The notes beneath the pieces were generated by a model. It did not search any database and had not been told where the DNA came from. It worked only from the letters and a program-made list of their open reading frames with translations. From NCBI GenBank assembly GCA_965649265.1, contig CBFGKC010000010.1:1292-65291 (forward strand): a stretch of 64,000 nucleotides of DNA, read 5' to 3'. The position numbers and the translations under genes were made by a program. Source of the stretch: a candidate division WOR-3 bacterium (GTDB lineage Bacteria; Hydrothermota; Tepidihabitantia; B3-TA06). Shown piece after piece: positions 48,070 through 57,792 of this stretch (position 1 is the stretch's first letter; each line of letters starts with the position of its first letter).

Positions 48070-50391
48070 ATGTTCAAAAAAATGTTTTTCATTATAGGGT
48101 GTTTAACCCTGCTCATCCCATTTGTATTAGGCGCACAAGTGTGGGAGCATGAACAGAGATTGACCAATGAACCGTCGGCATCTTACACAGGCTCCAACAA
48201 CGCCTGGGGCGTTGCGGCATCGGGCGATACCGTACACGTCGTATTCTACGACTACCGCGACGGCGACAACGAAATATTCTACAAGCGCTCATTTAATTGC
48301 GGCGCCACGTGGAGCCCGGACACCCAGCTCACCAGCGCGGACAGAACGTCTGAGAGACCGTCGGTAGCTGTAAAAGGGCCGAACGTTCATATCGTGTGGC
48401 TTGATAACCGCGACTATAATTTTGATATATATTACAAGCGTTCCACAAGCGCGGGCGCAAGCTGGGGACCGGATACAAGACTGACAACCCATGACAGCAT
48501 CTCGGCATATCCTTCGATGGCCGTACAGGATACCATACTCCATGTTGTGTGGTTCGACGACCGCGACTCCAGCTATGAAATATACTACAAGCGCTCCCTT
48601 AACAACGGGACGACATGGGGCTCCGATATAAGACTGACCGCAGATGACAACGACACATCGAATTTTGCCAGTGTAGCGGCACAGGGAACGAACGTCCACG
48701 TCGTATGGTTCGATACCCGTGACGGAAACAGCGAGATATATTATAAGCGCTCGGCAAATAACGGGACAGACTGGAGCGTGGATACGAGGCTCACCACCGA
48801 CAACGCCGTATCCCAATTCCCTTCGATAGCCGCGGAAGGCTCAAGCGTTCATGTCGTCTGGCAGGACAATCGCGACGGCAACCGTGAGATATACTACAAG
48901 CGCTCCCTCGACGGTGGCACAACGTGGGGACAAGACGTAAGATTGACCAATGCCGCACAGGAATCGGTTTATCCTTCAATAGCAGTACGAGACTCTAACG
49001 TTTATATCGTCTGGAAGGATCAGCGTGACGGCAACGAGGAGATATACTACAAATGTTCGACCGACAACGGGACAACGTGGCGTTCTGACACCAACCTTAC
49101 CAGCGATGCAGGTAGTTCGAAATCCTCCTCGATAGCGGCAGATGGCCCGAACGTCCACGTAATCTGGCAGGACAATCGCGACGGGAACCCTGAGATATAC
49201 TACAAGCTTGGCGGCCTGATGCAGCCCGACAACATGGTCAAGAACTCGTATGAGTCTACCTATACTGGCGACGGGGTATACAATGAGGATGGATCAGACC
49301 AGACTAGCATCCAGACCGTTAGCGCGGGCGATACAGCCGTCTACCACATAAGGATAGAAAACGACGGAGGTTTGGTAGATACGATAACGGTTACAGGCGA
49401 CACCGGCGCAGACGGCTGGGAGGTCAAATACTACGATGCCTTGACCGCCGGGGCTGAAATCACGTCGGACATCACAGGTGCAGGCTGGTCCACCGGCGAA
49501 CTAAACCCCGGGGAGTACATGGAGATAAGAGTAGAAGTTATTACGGACGACAGCCTACCGGGCGATTCAACATACGATGTGCTGATTACTTCAAAATCGG
49601 ACCGCGATACAACAAAGCTCGATGCGGTTCTGACCCGGACAGTCATCCAGTCGGGCTTTCAACCGGACAACCAGATAAAAAACATGGAGGAAACAACTTA
49701 CATCGGCGACGGCGTATATAATCTGGACGGTACAGACCAGACGAAGTCACAAACTGCCGGGGCCGGCGATACCGTGGTCTACCACATAAAGATAGAAAAC
49801 GACGGCAACCTCCCGGATACATTCATCCTAGTGGGAACTGCCGGTAACGCAGGCTGGACGATTCGCTACTTCAATACCCTGACTGCCGGGACCGAGATAA
49901 CGTCCGACATCACAGGCTCGGGCTGGAACAGCGGCGAACTCGATCCTGAGGACACGACCGATATAAGGGTAGAGGTTACCTCCCCCTCCTCTGCGACAAC
50001 AGGCACTTCCTATGACGTACTGCTAACGACGACATCCGCTTCCGACAATACACGCAAGGACGCGGTCAAGGCTACGTCAACAGTAGGAACCAGTAATGTG
50101 GAAGAAAAGATTGAGCCGTTCATCAATTCGTTAAACGTGCATCCCCTTTCGGATGTCAAGATAACAGTCTCCTGCACCCTTGCCGAAATGGGAACTATTG
50201 AGCTTTCCGTATACGATGCATCCGGACGACTGGTCAAGACCCTCGCAACGGGCAATGAGAACCAGGGCAGGCACGAGTATATATGGAACGGACTTGATGA
50301 TTCAGGAAAGAAGGTCGCGAATGGTGTCTACTTTATACACCTGTCAGCTGAGAAAGAAGTGTTAAAAGGGCGAATCACGATAGTTAAATAA
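48070..50391 (+). CDS. Secreted protein with an 8-repeat BNR/Asp-box beta-propeller, two CARDB-like domains and a T9SS C-terminal sorting domain
   Basis: A ribosome-binding site AAGGAGG and the signal peptide MFKKMFFIIGCLTLLIPFVLGA. Eight repeats of about 52 aa each carry S-x-D-x-G-x-T-W (RSLDGGTTWG, CSTDNGTTWR and others) and the segment 'VHVVW.D.RDGN.EIYYKRS'. Two segments of the form 'GDTAVYHIRIENDG.L.DT..V.G' follow. The C-terminus reads ...GVYFIHLSAEKEVLKGRITIVK. Confidence 0.75.
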   Translation: MFKKMFFIIGCLTLLIPFVLGAQVWEHEQRLTNEPSASYTGSNNAWGVAASGDTVHVVFYDYRDGDNEIFYKRSFNCGATWSPDTQLTSADRTSERPSVAVKGPNVHIVWLDNRDYNFDIYYKRSTSAGASWGPDTRLTTHDSISAYPSMAVQDTILHVVWFDDRDSSYEIYYKRSLNNGTTWGSDIRLTADDNDTSNFASVAAQGTNVHVVWFDTRDGNSEIYYKRSANNGTDWSVDTRLTTDNAVSQFPSIAAEGSSVHVVWQDNRDGNREIYYKRSLDGGTTWGQDVRLTNAAQESVYPSIAVRDSNVYIVWKDQRDGNEEIYYKCSTDNGTTWRSDTNLTSDAGSSKSSSIAADGPNVHVIWQDNRDGNPEIYYKLGGLMQPDNMVKNSYESTYTGDGVYNEDGSDQTSIQTVSAGDTAVYHIRIENDGGLVDTITVTGDTGADGWEVKYYDALTAGAEITSDITGAGWSTGELNPGEYMEIRVEVITDDSLPGDSTYDVLITSKSDRDTTKLDAVLTRTVIQSGFQPDNQIKNMEETTYIGDGVYNLDGTDQTKSQTAGAGDTVVYHIKIENDGNLPDTFILVGTAGNAGWTIRYFNTLTAGTEITSDITGSGWNSGELDPEDTTDIRVEVTSPSSATTGTSYDVLLTTTSASDNTRKDAVKATSTVGTSNVEEKIEPFINSLNVHPLSDVKITVSCTLAEMGTIELSVYDASGRLVKTLATGNENQGRHEYIWNGLDDSGKKVANGVYFIHLSAEKEVLKGRITIVK
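48180..49210 (+). repeat. Intragenic tandem repeat with a period of about 156 bp, encoding the BNR blades
   Basis: Recurrent ...gatatactacaagcgctc... segments, and the protein-level repeat. Confidence 0.5.
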
Positions 50392-50505
50392 ATAAAAAAA
50401 CGGAGAAGAGACAAAACTGTTCCTTAAATGCATCGATGTGACCGGCCGATGGACGTTCTCTTTTGACTTGACAATACGCGGAATTCGTGTTATTCTTATA
50501 TCTTC

Positions 50506-51078
50506 TTGGAGGAAGCGATCGCAAGTACACGTGGAAATTCTTTTAAAACTATCAACAACTGGGTACAAAAACAGATATCGGAAGAGGAATACGAGGTTTT
50601 CCTTGCCAGGATGCAGCCCGATGTGGCGCATTCGTTATCACGGGCCGAATCACGATTGTGGTACCCCCTGGAACATCTTACGGCGATATACGAACACATC
50701 GTCAGTAATATAGGCAAGGGCGATTCGTCGGTGTTGTCAGGTTTGGGTAGCTATCTTGCTGATATTGACCTGGGCGGGGTTTTGAGGCCTCTTGTTGCTT
50801 TTGTTTCCGTCCCGAGCGCAATCCGCCGCACCCCCCACCTTTGGCCAAGGTACGATGATTCAGGCGATTTCCGGGTCATATCGCTTGACGAGCATAACAA
50901 GCAAGCTCTGCTTGAACTAGCCGATTACGAAGGCGGTGACTTGCACTGCGTGATAATAAACGCCTGGCTCAAACGCGGATGCGAGATACTCGGCGGCAAG
51001 AACGTATCAGTCAAGGAAACACAATGCCGCTGGGAGGACGGCGGCAAAGTCTGCCGCTGGGAATTAAAGTGGCACTAA
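50506..51078 (+). CDS. Hypothetical cytoplasmic protein of 190 aa
   Basis: The ORF has normal codon usage. The C-terminus reads C-x7-C-R-W-E (CRWEDGGKVCRWE). No family could be assigned. Confidence 0.4.
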   Translation: MEEAIASTRGNSFKTINNWVQKQISEEEYEVFLARMQPDVAHSLSRAESRLWYPLEHLTAIYEHIVSNIGKGDSSVLSGLGSYLADIDLGGVLRPLVAFVSVPSAIRRTPHLWPRYDDSGDFRVISLDEHNKQALLELADYEGGDLHCVIINAWLKRGCEILGGKNVSVKETQCRWEDGGKVCRWELKWH

Positions 51079-51119
51079 GACCCTGTCGGTAGGATTCTTA
51101 AGAACTGATCTCTGTGATG

Positions 51120-51464
51120 TCAATCCTTCTTGTGCGGAATTAAACACAAGAACCGCAACAAATCTTTACCCGTGTTTCGGAACTGGTGTAGTTCATCTGG
51201 AGGAATAAAAACGACCGTTCCCGGGCGAAGGATTCTTTCCTCATCTCCACCCCTGACCTTGCCTTCTCCACTAATCACATAGACCTCGTGTTCCCAAGGA
51301 TGCCGGTGAAGAGGTGTACATCCTTCAATATCCAGTTGGAGTTCACGCATAGCGAAGGTCGACGCACCTTCCTCCTTTGTAACAAGCCACCTGATACTGG
51401 CACCCTGAGCACCACTTTCTTCAACTTTACTTTGTGAGACCTCTTCGATTTTTTTTGCAATCAT
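51120..51464 (-). CDS. Cupin-domain protein
   Basis: HRHPWEHEVYVISGEG...G.VVFIPPDELHQFRN cupin motifs 1 and 2. Confidence 0.75.
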   Translation of the reverse strand: MIAKKIEEVSQSKVEESGAQGASIRWLVTKEEGASTFAMRELQLDIEGCTPLHRHPWEHEVYVISGEGKVRGGDEERILRPGTVVFIPPDELHQFRNTGKDLLRFLCLIPHKKD

Positions 51465-51506
51465 ATCTTCTCCTTTAGGAAGAGAATAGTTGTCGCCAGT
51501 TTTTTG

Positions 51507-52292
51507 TCAAACGCAATTGCCCAGAAGAATATCCAGTTCATCGGAAAGAACCAATCGGTACGATGGTTTTATCCTCTCCCTGTATGATGACGAGTGCCTG
51601 GGCGGATTGACAGGAACCGTATCTGGCTCAAAACCAGCGGATAGAGCCTGAGGTAGTATCCTTTCAATGCGTCTGGGCAGATCGAGCGAGACATTGGCTG
51701 CAGAACGCAAGGCTGCATCGAAAAGAACTTCAGGCCTGATGCCCAGATATTTGGCCGCACGAAGATTAATCCTGTAAAGATCACCCTCTGGGGATATCCG
51801 TTCAGCAAGGGGCTCATCCGTCAAAGATTCGATGGAATTCCACTCTGCAAGAAGATAGTCCCACGCCGCAGCGGTGTCCTCGAGCATATGTGCTCCACCG
51901 TACACAGCTTGAGCAATCAATTTGAGTTTATCCTTCTCCGGTAGTCCGCCGTAAAGAAGTTCCTGGTCTTTAATGATCTCATTGAACGAAGTAAGATTTA
52001 CGATATCGTCCGGATAGGAGGGAGGGGGAGGGTAAATGTCCCCAGGGAAAGCGGAGGTGCAAATCTTGAGGGAAATGCCTGTGTGTTTTACTGAAACCTC
52101 TTCAGCCGCAACGGTTTCGATTCTTTTGAAAAGCGCTTTTACAATACGTTCATATGCCGACCCTCGCCGCAAGGTGTCCAATGTTCCCAAAACGTATGTC
52201 GAGGGAACAAAACCGTCACTGGAAAGGAAAAGGCTCGATAAGGGCAGGACACCCTTGCGTGTCGGCTCAAGCCATAAGATCAAGCCAGACAT
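51507..52292 (-). CDS. Hypothetical protein
   Basis: An ORF of 261 aa with no recognisable motif. The start is uncertain. Confidence 0.35.
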   Translation of the reverse strand: MSGLILWLEPTRKGVLPLSSLFLSSDGFVPSTYVLGTLDTLRRGSAYERIVKALFKRIETVAAEEVSVKHTGISLKICTSAFPGDIYPPPPSYPDDIVNLTSFNEIIKDQELLYGGLPEKDKLKLIAQAVYGGAHMLEDTAAAWDYLLAEWNSIESLTDEPLAERISPEGDLYRINLRAAKYLGIRPEVLFDAALRSAANVSLDLPRRIERILPQALSAGFEPDTVPVNPPRHSSSYRERIKPSYRLVLSDELDILLGNCV

Positions 52293-52314
52293 ATTGATTA
52301 GAGACTCTGGCGAG

Positions 52315-55300
52315 TCAATGGACTATTATGAATTTCTCGTTAACCGACGTCATCGTCTCGGTCATGGTCGCATCAAGACTCTTGGCGGTCAAACGGTAGA
52401 TGTAAACACCGTTTGGAAGGGGCGTTCCGTCTGCGTCAAGACCGTTCCACGAATATGAGGAAAAACCAGCGGCGAACGACTGAGCGGGCAGTTTTCTTAC
52501 AAGACGACCGCTTACGGTGAATATCTGTATCGAGACCTCGGCCGCCGTATTCAATTCAAAAGTGAAATCTGCGGAACTCGAAACCGGGTTAGGATATACG
52601 AGAGGGGTAATAATTTCCGGCCTCGAAACGAATGAGGTATGAAGTGTCAATTCATATTTTGTCGTATTTCGAAGGTTATCCACGGCATACAGAGTGAGGG
52701 CGTTATCCTCTTTCGAGAACTTGATTGGCAAACTCGCCATTCCTGTCGAGGCAATTGAACTGTCGGTAACATCATAACTGAAATAAGATGAAAGACTTAT
52801 TGCGTCCTCATCGTTAATGACGAGACTCAAGGGATGCCCGCCGCCAAGGCCCACTCCGGGAAGCCCCGTAAGATTGATTCCGGAAGGATCTTCAAGCTCT
52901 ATCTCAAGATCGAACGATGGAGTCGGAATGGTATCTCCATCGAATATTTCTTCTCCTGCGACGTAAAACCTCGCGGAAGGACCCTTGTGATCACTTGATG
53001 AGGTTGACCCGGCGACAACGCCTAAAGAGTCAAACCGGAAGGTGTACAACGAATCTTCATCACGGCAAGAAATATACCAGTAAGCCGAATCTCCTTCTGC
53101 GATGCCGGTCGGAACTATGAACTTCAAGATAGTTTGACCTGCGTCAAGCTCACCTGAGGCCTCGTAAAGTGGTTCGCCCTTGGCGTAATAAATTCTGTAA
53201 TCATAAACTTGAGGTATTTTTTTAACCCAGCTTCCATATGCGGATGCAAACCATTTACCCTGGGAAAGGCCGGCGTCAAAGGTTATCTGAGCCGTGTCAC
53301 CCGTAACGAAATCTGGAGGTATCGAAGTCACATTCTTCGCCGTGGGAAACAGGAGTTCAACCCCAGGGTCGCCGAAAAGTGTATACAGGGGATCTAAAGG
53401 CAATACGGCAAAAAGAAGGTCGCCGGTATTTGCATTTTTAAGATATCTGAAGGTATTCGCCAGCGTGTTAGCCACGTTTTGGTTGTTGGATGCGCTCGTT
53501 CCTTTGGTCGCTGCGATTGTCGCTATGGCACCTCCAGAGCCGCGCACGAGTTCTTCCGCAATGCATTCCCACCGCGTGTCCTCGAATCGGCCTACGCCGC
53601 ATGAACAGAAGAGACCGAACGGAAGCCTGTTTTCATTATTAACGTACGTGACGTCGGTATTTCTGAAAACAGCTTCATGAGTCAGCTGGCTGCCATTCCC
53701 ATGCCCGAAGAAAAGCCACAAATAGGCTCCCTGATCGAGAGCGGAAATCAAGGCGTCGTGCGCGCCCGGCTTAGTGCTTCCAACGAAGGAGTAATCGCTC
53801 AAATAGACCTTTACCGGATCGTACTCAGGATATAAAAGCGTAGCGAAACTCTCACATGCCGAGATGTGATTATCTATACCGTCCTCTTTAGCCGGCGAGC
53901 CCTCGTAATAATCGTCGGACAGCAGAAGAAGCCTTGAGGCCCAGGCTTCCTTGGGGGTCGATTCATATTTTTTTATCTTGTCAAGAATATCAGATGCCTC
54001 ATGAGCGTCCCTCGCCGTAATCCGGGCGATTGACATTTCAGGATGGTATGTGACAGGGTTATCGAAGTCAACAAACCACGAATCCAGCGCGGGTCCACGC
54101 ACTTCGGTAACATTAGGGTCAAGCAGGTAATCCTGGGTGTGAACTAGGAAATACTCCGGAACAGTAAGTTTCAAATTGTTTTTGTAATCGTAAGTGCCGT
54201 CACCCAGAATGAGCGCATACCGCGGTCTCGAGTCACCTTTTTTGTACGCATAAGATAGAAAATGTCTTACGGCCTGGGGCTCGGCAAGACCGAATCCGAA
54301 ATCTCGAATTATGTCCTTAAGGTTCACTGTCTTGATCGCGGTAGCGGAAACGCCGGATATCTTGAGGTTTTGACTTCTGTAACTCTCGTATGCCTTTGCG
54401 GCACTCATATTTTCGTCGGTGGAAAGAATGATGTAGTCCACGGACCAGTCTTCGGTCCATAATTCGCCGGGCTGCTCTTTTTCCAGGGCGGGGGTCTTGA
54501 GACGACGCTCATCCGCGACCCACAAAGGAAGATCCTTCGTAATTCTCGGATTAAGGAAAAGATTCCCGTTCTTTGTTTCCCAATTCGTCAACAGAATTGG
54601 ATTTGCCGGATCACTCACGTCAAAGAGGTAAGGAGTAGTTTTGAGGCCGCTAAAGCGGTACGAAAGATTTCCCTTTAATTCTACCCAGTAGGGATTCTGA
54701 TCAAAGGAAAGCTCTCTTTCAACAACAAGCCGCATCCAGTCCGGGTAAAAATCCTGCTGCCCCTCCCCCGTCACTTCGATGACCAAAGGCAATTCATCCT
54801 GCAACACAACATCCGGATCGATAGTGGTATATCTCGGATTCGCGATCACGCCGGAAGGCACCAAGGGTACGTAAAGAAGTGTATCTGTATTCGCCAGCGC
54901 GCGAAATCCCGCACCTGTATTAATGGAGTAGGCTTGCAGGGTAAAGGTATCTATCTTTGTTACACCCTCAAGGTCTAAAATAAATGTATCGGAGGCGATC
55001 GTCGAACTCTTTTGGATATCTTCCCAAAGCCACAAAAGACCCGAGCGCGAAGGGCACTCGTGATCTTCTTCAAAATGAAGAACGCTCATCCCTTCGGTCA
55101 AAGGAGTATCCTGAGAAGGATATGCAGGTCTTGTTTGAAGCCTTTTTCCTTTTCCCGCGCCCCAAGTAAGCCAGTAAACATTTTCCTTTACATAAGGATT
55201 CACCTCAAAGGTCCGTTCGGAGAAATTCCAGTGGTTTGCACCCTGCGCGAAAAGAATTATGTAGTCAACCCCGGATAACCTGCCGTCATCCTCGCCCTGG

Positions 55301-56127
55301 ACGAAACAAGGCAGCTCGGAAAGAGTATCGGGAAAAGTATCCTCCGGGGTCAACCTTGAAGGGTAAAGGATCCTTATTGTTGAAGGATCAATCTGGGTAG
55401 GATCTACACCGATTTTCTTGAGATCACCCACACCTATCCTGTATACCCCGTCCTCTGGTATGGAAATCTTTACCCAATTCGAAGACTGGGCAAAAGGATT
55501 TGCCCCTGCGGCAAAAGTCGATGAGGAGAGTTTCCACCCCATACACTGATCATAATTGATGATACTGTTTTTGTAAATTTCGCTGAATTGATCATTTGAG
55601 ATGTCATGGTAACCTTCATATGGCTCGAACGAGATGTTGAGCGTAACCCCATCATAGAGAACGAGGGTCTGGTTACCGGAGGAGTATTTAAGCGGCGTAA
55701 CCTCTATCACCGCTACCCTGAAATCGCGCCATGTCGTTACATGGTAATAAACCGGCTTCAGAGTGTCAGCCCACTGAGGAAATGAATTTGCGCCCGTCCC
55801 AATACCAGGAATCTCGTAATTCTCAGGAATCACACCTTTTAACTCCCTTGAAGTTCCCAGGGTGTAACTGATTTTGACATCGCCCTCGGGCGGTAGCCCC
55901 ACAACCATCCTGTAGCGCGGCAGTGCAGGTCCACCCGGTTCGCCTATCATATAGGCGTCGCTGAAAAGCTCGGCAAGATTCGCTTTTGCATAAGATTGCA
56001 GAAGATTTGTACCTTGAGGAGCACTTAACTTTATCTGAACCCCTCGGTTACTCTGACTTGTAATACTGGGTCCTGCAAAAGCTGCAGTTGCAGCAAGTAA
56101 GATAAGGGTTTGAAACCTTCTCATCAT
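52315..56127 (-). CDS. Large secreted protein of 1270 aa, a probable gingipain-like (C25/clostripain-like) cysteine peptidase, with a T9SS C-terminal sorting domain
   Basis: Signal peptide MMRRFQTLILLAATAAFA. Central His...Cys arrangement LWLFFGHGNGSQL ... FGLFCSCGVG, consistent with a caspase-like CD-clan peptidase. The C-terminal region GVYIYRLTAKSLDATM...KFIIVH fits the T9SS CTD pattern. Confidence 0.5.
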   Translation of the reverse strand: MMRRFQTLILLAATAAFAGPSITSQSNRGVQIKLSAPQGTNLLQSYAKANLAELFSDAYMIGEPGGPALPRYRMVVGLPPEGDVKISYTLGTSRELKGVIPENYEIPGIGTGANSFPQWADTLKPVYYHVTTWRDFRVAVIEVTPLKYSSGNQTLVLYDGVTLNISFEPYEGYHDISNDQFSEIYKNSIINYDQCMGWKLSSSTFAAGANPFAQSSNWVKISIPEDGVYRIGVGDLKKIGVDPTQIDPSTIRILYPSRLTPEDTFPDTLSELPCFVQGEDDGRLSGVDYIILFAQGANHWNFSERTFEVNPYVKENVYWLTWGAGKGKRLQTRPAYPSQDTPLTEGMSVLHFEEDHECPSRSGLLWLWEDIQKSSTIASDTFILDLEGVTKIDTFTLQAYSINTGAGFRALANTDTLLYVPLVPSGVIANPRYTTIDPDVVLQDELPLVIEVTGEGQQDFYPDWMRLVVERELSFDQNPYWVELKGNLSYRFSGLKTTPYLFDVSDPANPILLTNWETKNGNLFLNPRITKDLPLWVADERRLKTPALEKEQPGELWTEDWSVDYIILSTDENMSAAKAYESYRSQNLKISGVSATAIKTVNLKDIIRDFGFGLAEPQAVRHFLSYAYKKGDSRPRYALILGDGTYDYKNNLKLTVPEYFLVHTQDYLLDPNVTEVRGPALDSWFVDFDNPVTYHPEMSIARITARDAHEASDILDKIKKYESTPKEAWASRLLLLSDDYYEGSPAKEDGIDNHISACESFATLLYPEYDPVKVYLSDYSFVGSTKPGAHDALISALDQGAYLWLFFGHGNGSQLTHEAVFRNTDVTYVNNENRLPFGLFCSCGVGRFEDTRWECIAEELVRGSGGAIATIAATKGTSASNNQNVANTLANTFRYLKNANTGDLLFAVLPLDPLYTLFGDPGVELLFPTAKNVTSIPPDFVTGDTAQITFDAGLSQGKWFASAYGSWVKKIPQVYDYRIYYAKGEPLYEASGELDAGQTILKFIVPTGIAEGDSAYWYISCRDEDSLYTFRFDSLGVVAGSTSSSDHKGPSARFYVAGEEIFDGDTIPTPSFDLEIELEDPSGINLTGLPGVGLGGGHPLSLVINDEDAISLSSYFSYDVTDSSIASTGMASLPIKFSKEDNALTLYAVDNLRNTTKYELTLHTSFVSRPEIITPLVYPNPVSSSADFTFELNTAAEVSIQIFTVSGRLVRKLPAQSFAAGFSSYSWNGLDADGTPLPNGVYIYRLTAKSLDATMTETMTSVNEKFIIVH

Positions 56128-56292
56128 ACTCCCTTCGACTTACCTGATTGTGCTGACTGGTCCCTTAGATTCAAAGCACAGGCAAGTCATTACGTATTTC
56201 ATAAATATTGAGACGGATTCTGCAGGAATCCGTCAACTTTTATTGAAAAAGACAATTTGTCGTAAATCCCTGATAGTCTTTCGATTATTTGG

Positions 56293-57792
56293 TCAGGTGA
56301 TTTTAGCTTTATCATACACAGGTTCCCCAACACCCACCTCATCCTTTTTGAGTGCCGCAGCAATGGATGAAAAACTGAAGGACAGGAATCCCACGGAGTA
56401 AAGTATAATGAAAGGCAGAATTGCATACTGCATGGTTATGAGCGAATATACGGCAGTGGCGGCAAGATAAAGACCGAGCGCCAACTCAATGAAAGTAGAA
56501 ACCTTCAACTTGGCCTTGTACACTTTAGAGTCTTTTGCATCCTTGCGGCCCTTGACGTTGTATTTCGGAGTGCGAACGAACTCGGACGCCTTCCCCATAA
56601 AACCTTCCAATACTGCAAGGCTGTTGTTAACCGAAAGTGCCATAACCGATGAAATTACGAAAGGTATTGCAAGTATCCTCGTTTTCCAGTTAGGGTAGGA
56701 ATCCATCTGCGCAAGGATGTAAAGCCCGAAGTATGCTATTCCGCCGATAGAGATGACGCTCATGAACGCAAAGTAGGGACGATAGTCAATCCCTGAGTTG
56801 CGGACAAGGAGGAGGGGGGCGATAAGAATGGCAAGAAGGAACATCATGGGATACACGAGATGGGCAGTAAGGTGCATAATGGCTTCAAACTTGCCGATAA
56901 GGCTGAGCTTCGAGGTGAGTATATCAGGCAGGAGTTTGCGTCCGGCCTGGATGGTCCCTTTTGCCCAGCGGAACTGCTGCGACTTGAATCCCGCAACGTC
57001 TATTGGCAGCTCCGACGGACTTCTTAAGTCGTTTATGTATATAAACTTCCAACCCTTGAGTTGGGCGCGAAAACTCAAATCGACGTCCTCGGCAAGGCAG
57101 TCGCCGTCCCAACCGCCGGCATCTTCTATAGCTTTCTTACGCCACACACCCGCGGTCCCGTTGAACGTCATAAAATGGTTAAAACGGCAGCGCATATCTT
57201 GCTCGACCGCGAAATGCTGGTCTAAAAGAATCGCCTGAGCTCTTGTAAGAATCGAGTAATCGTAATTTATATGTTCCCAGCGCGACTGAACAACCGCGAT
57301 CTTCGGGTTCGAAAAGAAGGGGATAGTGCGCTTTAGAAAGTCTTCGGGAGGAAGGAAGTCGGCGTCAAAAACGGCAACGTACTCGGCCTTGGTTTTCGCA
57401 AGTCCAGCTGTAAGTGCACCACCCTTGTATCCCTTGCGGTCAACTCTGTGAAAAAGCCTGATTCGGAAGCCTTCAGCTTTGTACTTTGCGACGAGACGTT
57501 CGCAAAGCTCTGTGGTCTCGTCGGTGGAATCATCAAGTACCTGGATTTCGAATTTCTGGCGCGGCCAATCCATCTTCACAACCTGCTCCAGCAAACGCTC
57601 CACGACGAACTTTTCGTTAAACATGGGCAGCTGAACACAGACAAGCGGGTATTCGGAAAGCGGATCCGCCTTGGGTCTTGGTTTTTTGCGCGCTCTCAAA
57701 TAGTAAATGCACATAATCCATGCATGCAGTGCGTAGATTGTAAGCACTATCATTACGAATGCATACAGCGCCAGAACGAAATCAAACTTCAT
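56293..57792 (-). CDS. Processive GT2 polysaccharide synthase (CesA / PgaC / CslA-like), integral membrane
   Basis: N-terminal TM segment. LPMFNEKFVV (DD-type), FDADF (DxD), LAEDVD (TED) and QQFRWAKG (QxxRW). The C-terminal region has 4 to 5 TM helices. Confidence 0.85.
   Translation of the reverse strand: MKFDFVLALYAFVMIVLTIYALHAWIMCIYYLRARKKPRPKADPLSEYPLVCVQLPMFNEKFVVERLLEQVVKMDWPRQKFEIQVLDDSTDETTELCERLVAKYKAEGFRIRLFHRVDRKGYKGGALTAGLAKTKAEYVAVFDADFLPPEDFLKRTIPFFSNPKIAVVQSRWEHINYDYSILTRAQAILLDQHFAVEQDMRCRFNHFMTFNGTAGVWRKKAIEDAGGWDGDCLAEDVDLSFRAQLKGWKFIYINDLRSPSELPIDVAGFKSQQFRWAKGTIQAGRKLLPDILTSKLSLIGKFEAIMHLTAHLVYPMMFLLAILIAPLLLVRNSGIDYRPYFAFMSVISIGGIAYFGLYILAQMDSYPNWKTRILAIPFVISSVMALSVNNSLAVLEGFMGKASEFVRTPKYNVKGRKDAKDSKVYKAKLKVSTFIELALGLYLAATAVYSLITMQYAILPFIILYSVGFLSFSFSSIAAALKKDEVGVGEPVYDKAKIT

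Noticed and set aside
48289-48816. 175-aa Cys-rich minus-strand ORF inside the BNR-repeat gene
   Set aside because: It is an antisense frame of the tandem BNR repeats. The repeat structure on the + strand creates a periodic pseudo-ORF on the minus strand.
50506-51078. Idea that the 190-aa protein belongs to a specific DUF family (for example a myxobacterial paralogous family) or is a V4R-type domain
   Set aside because: The resemblance rests on memory of a C-x-n-C motif only and cannot be verified without an HMM search. The gene is left as hypothetical.
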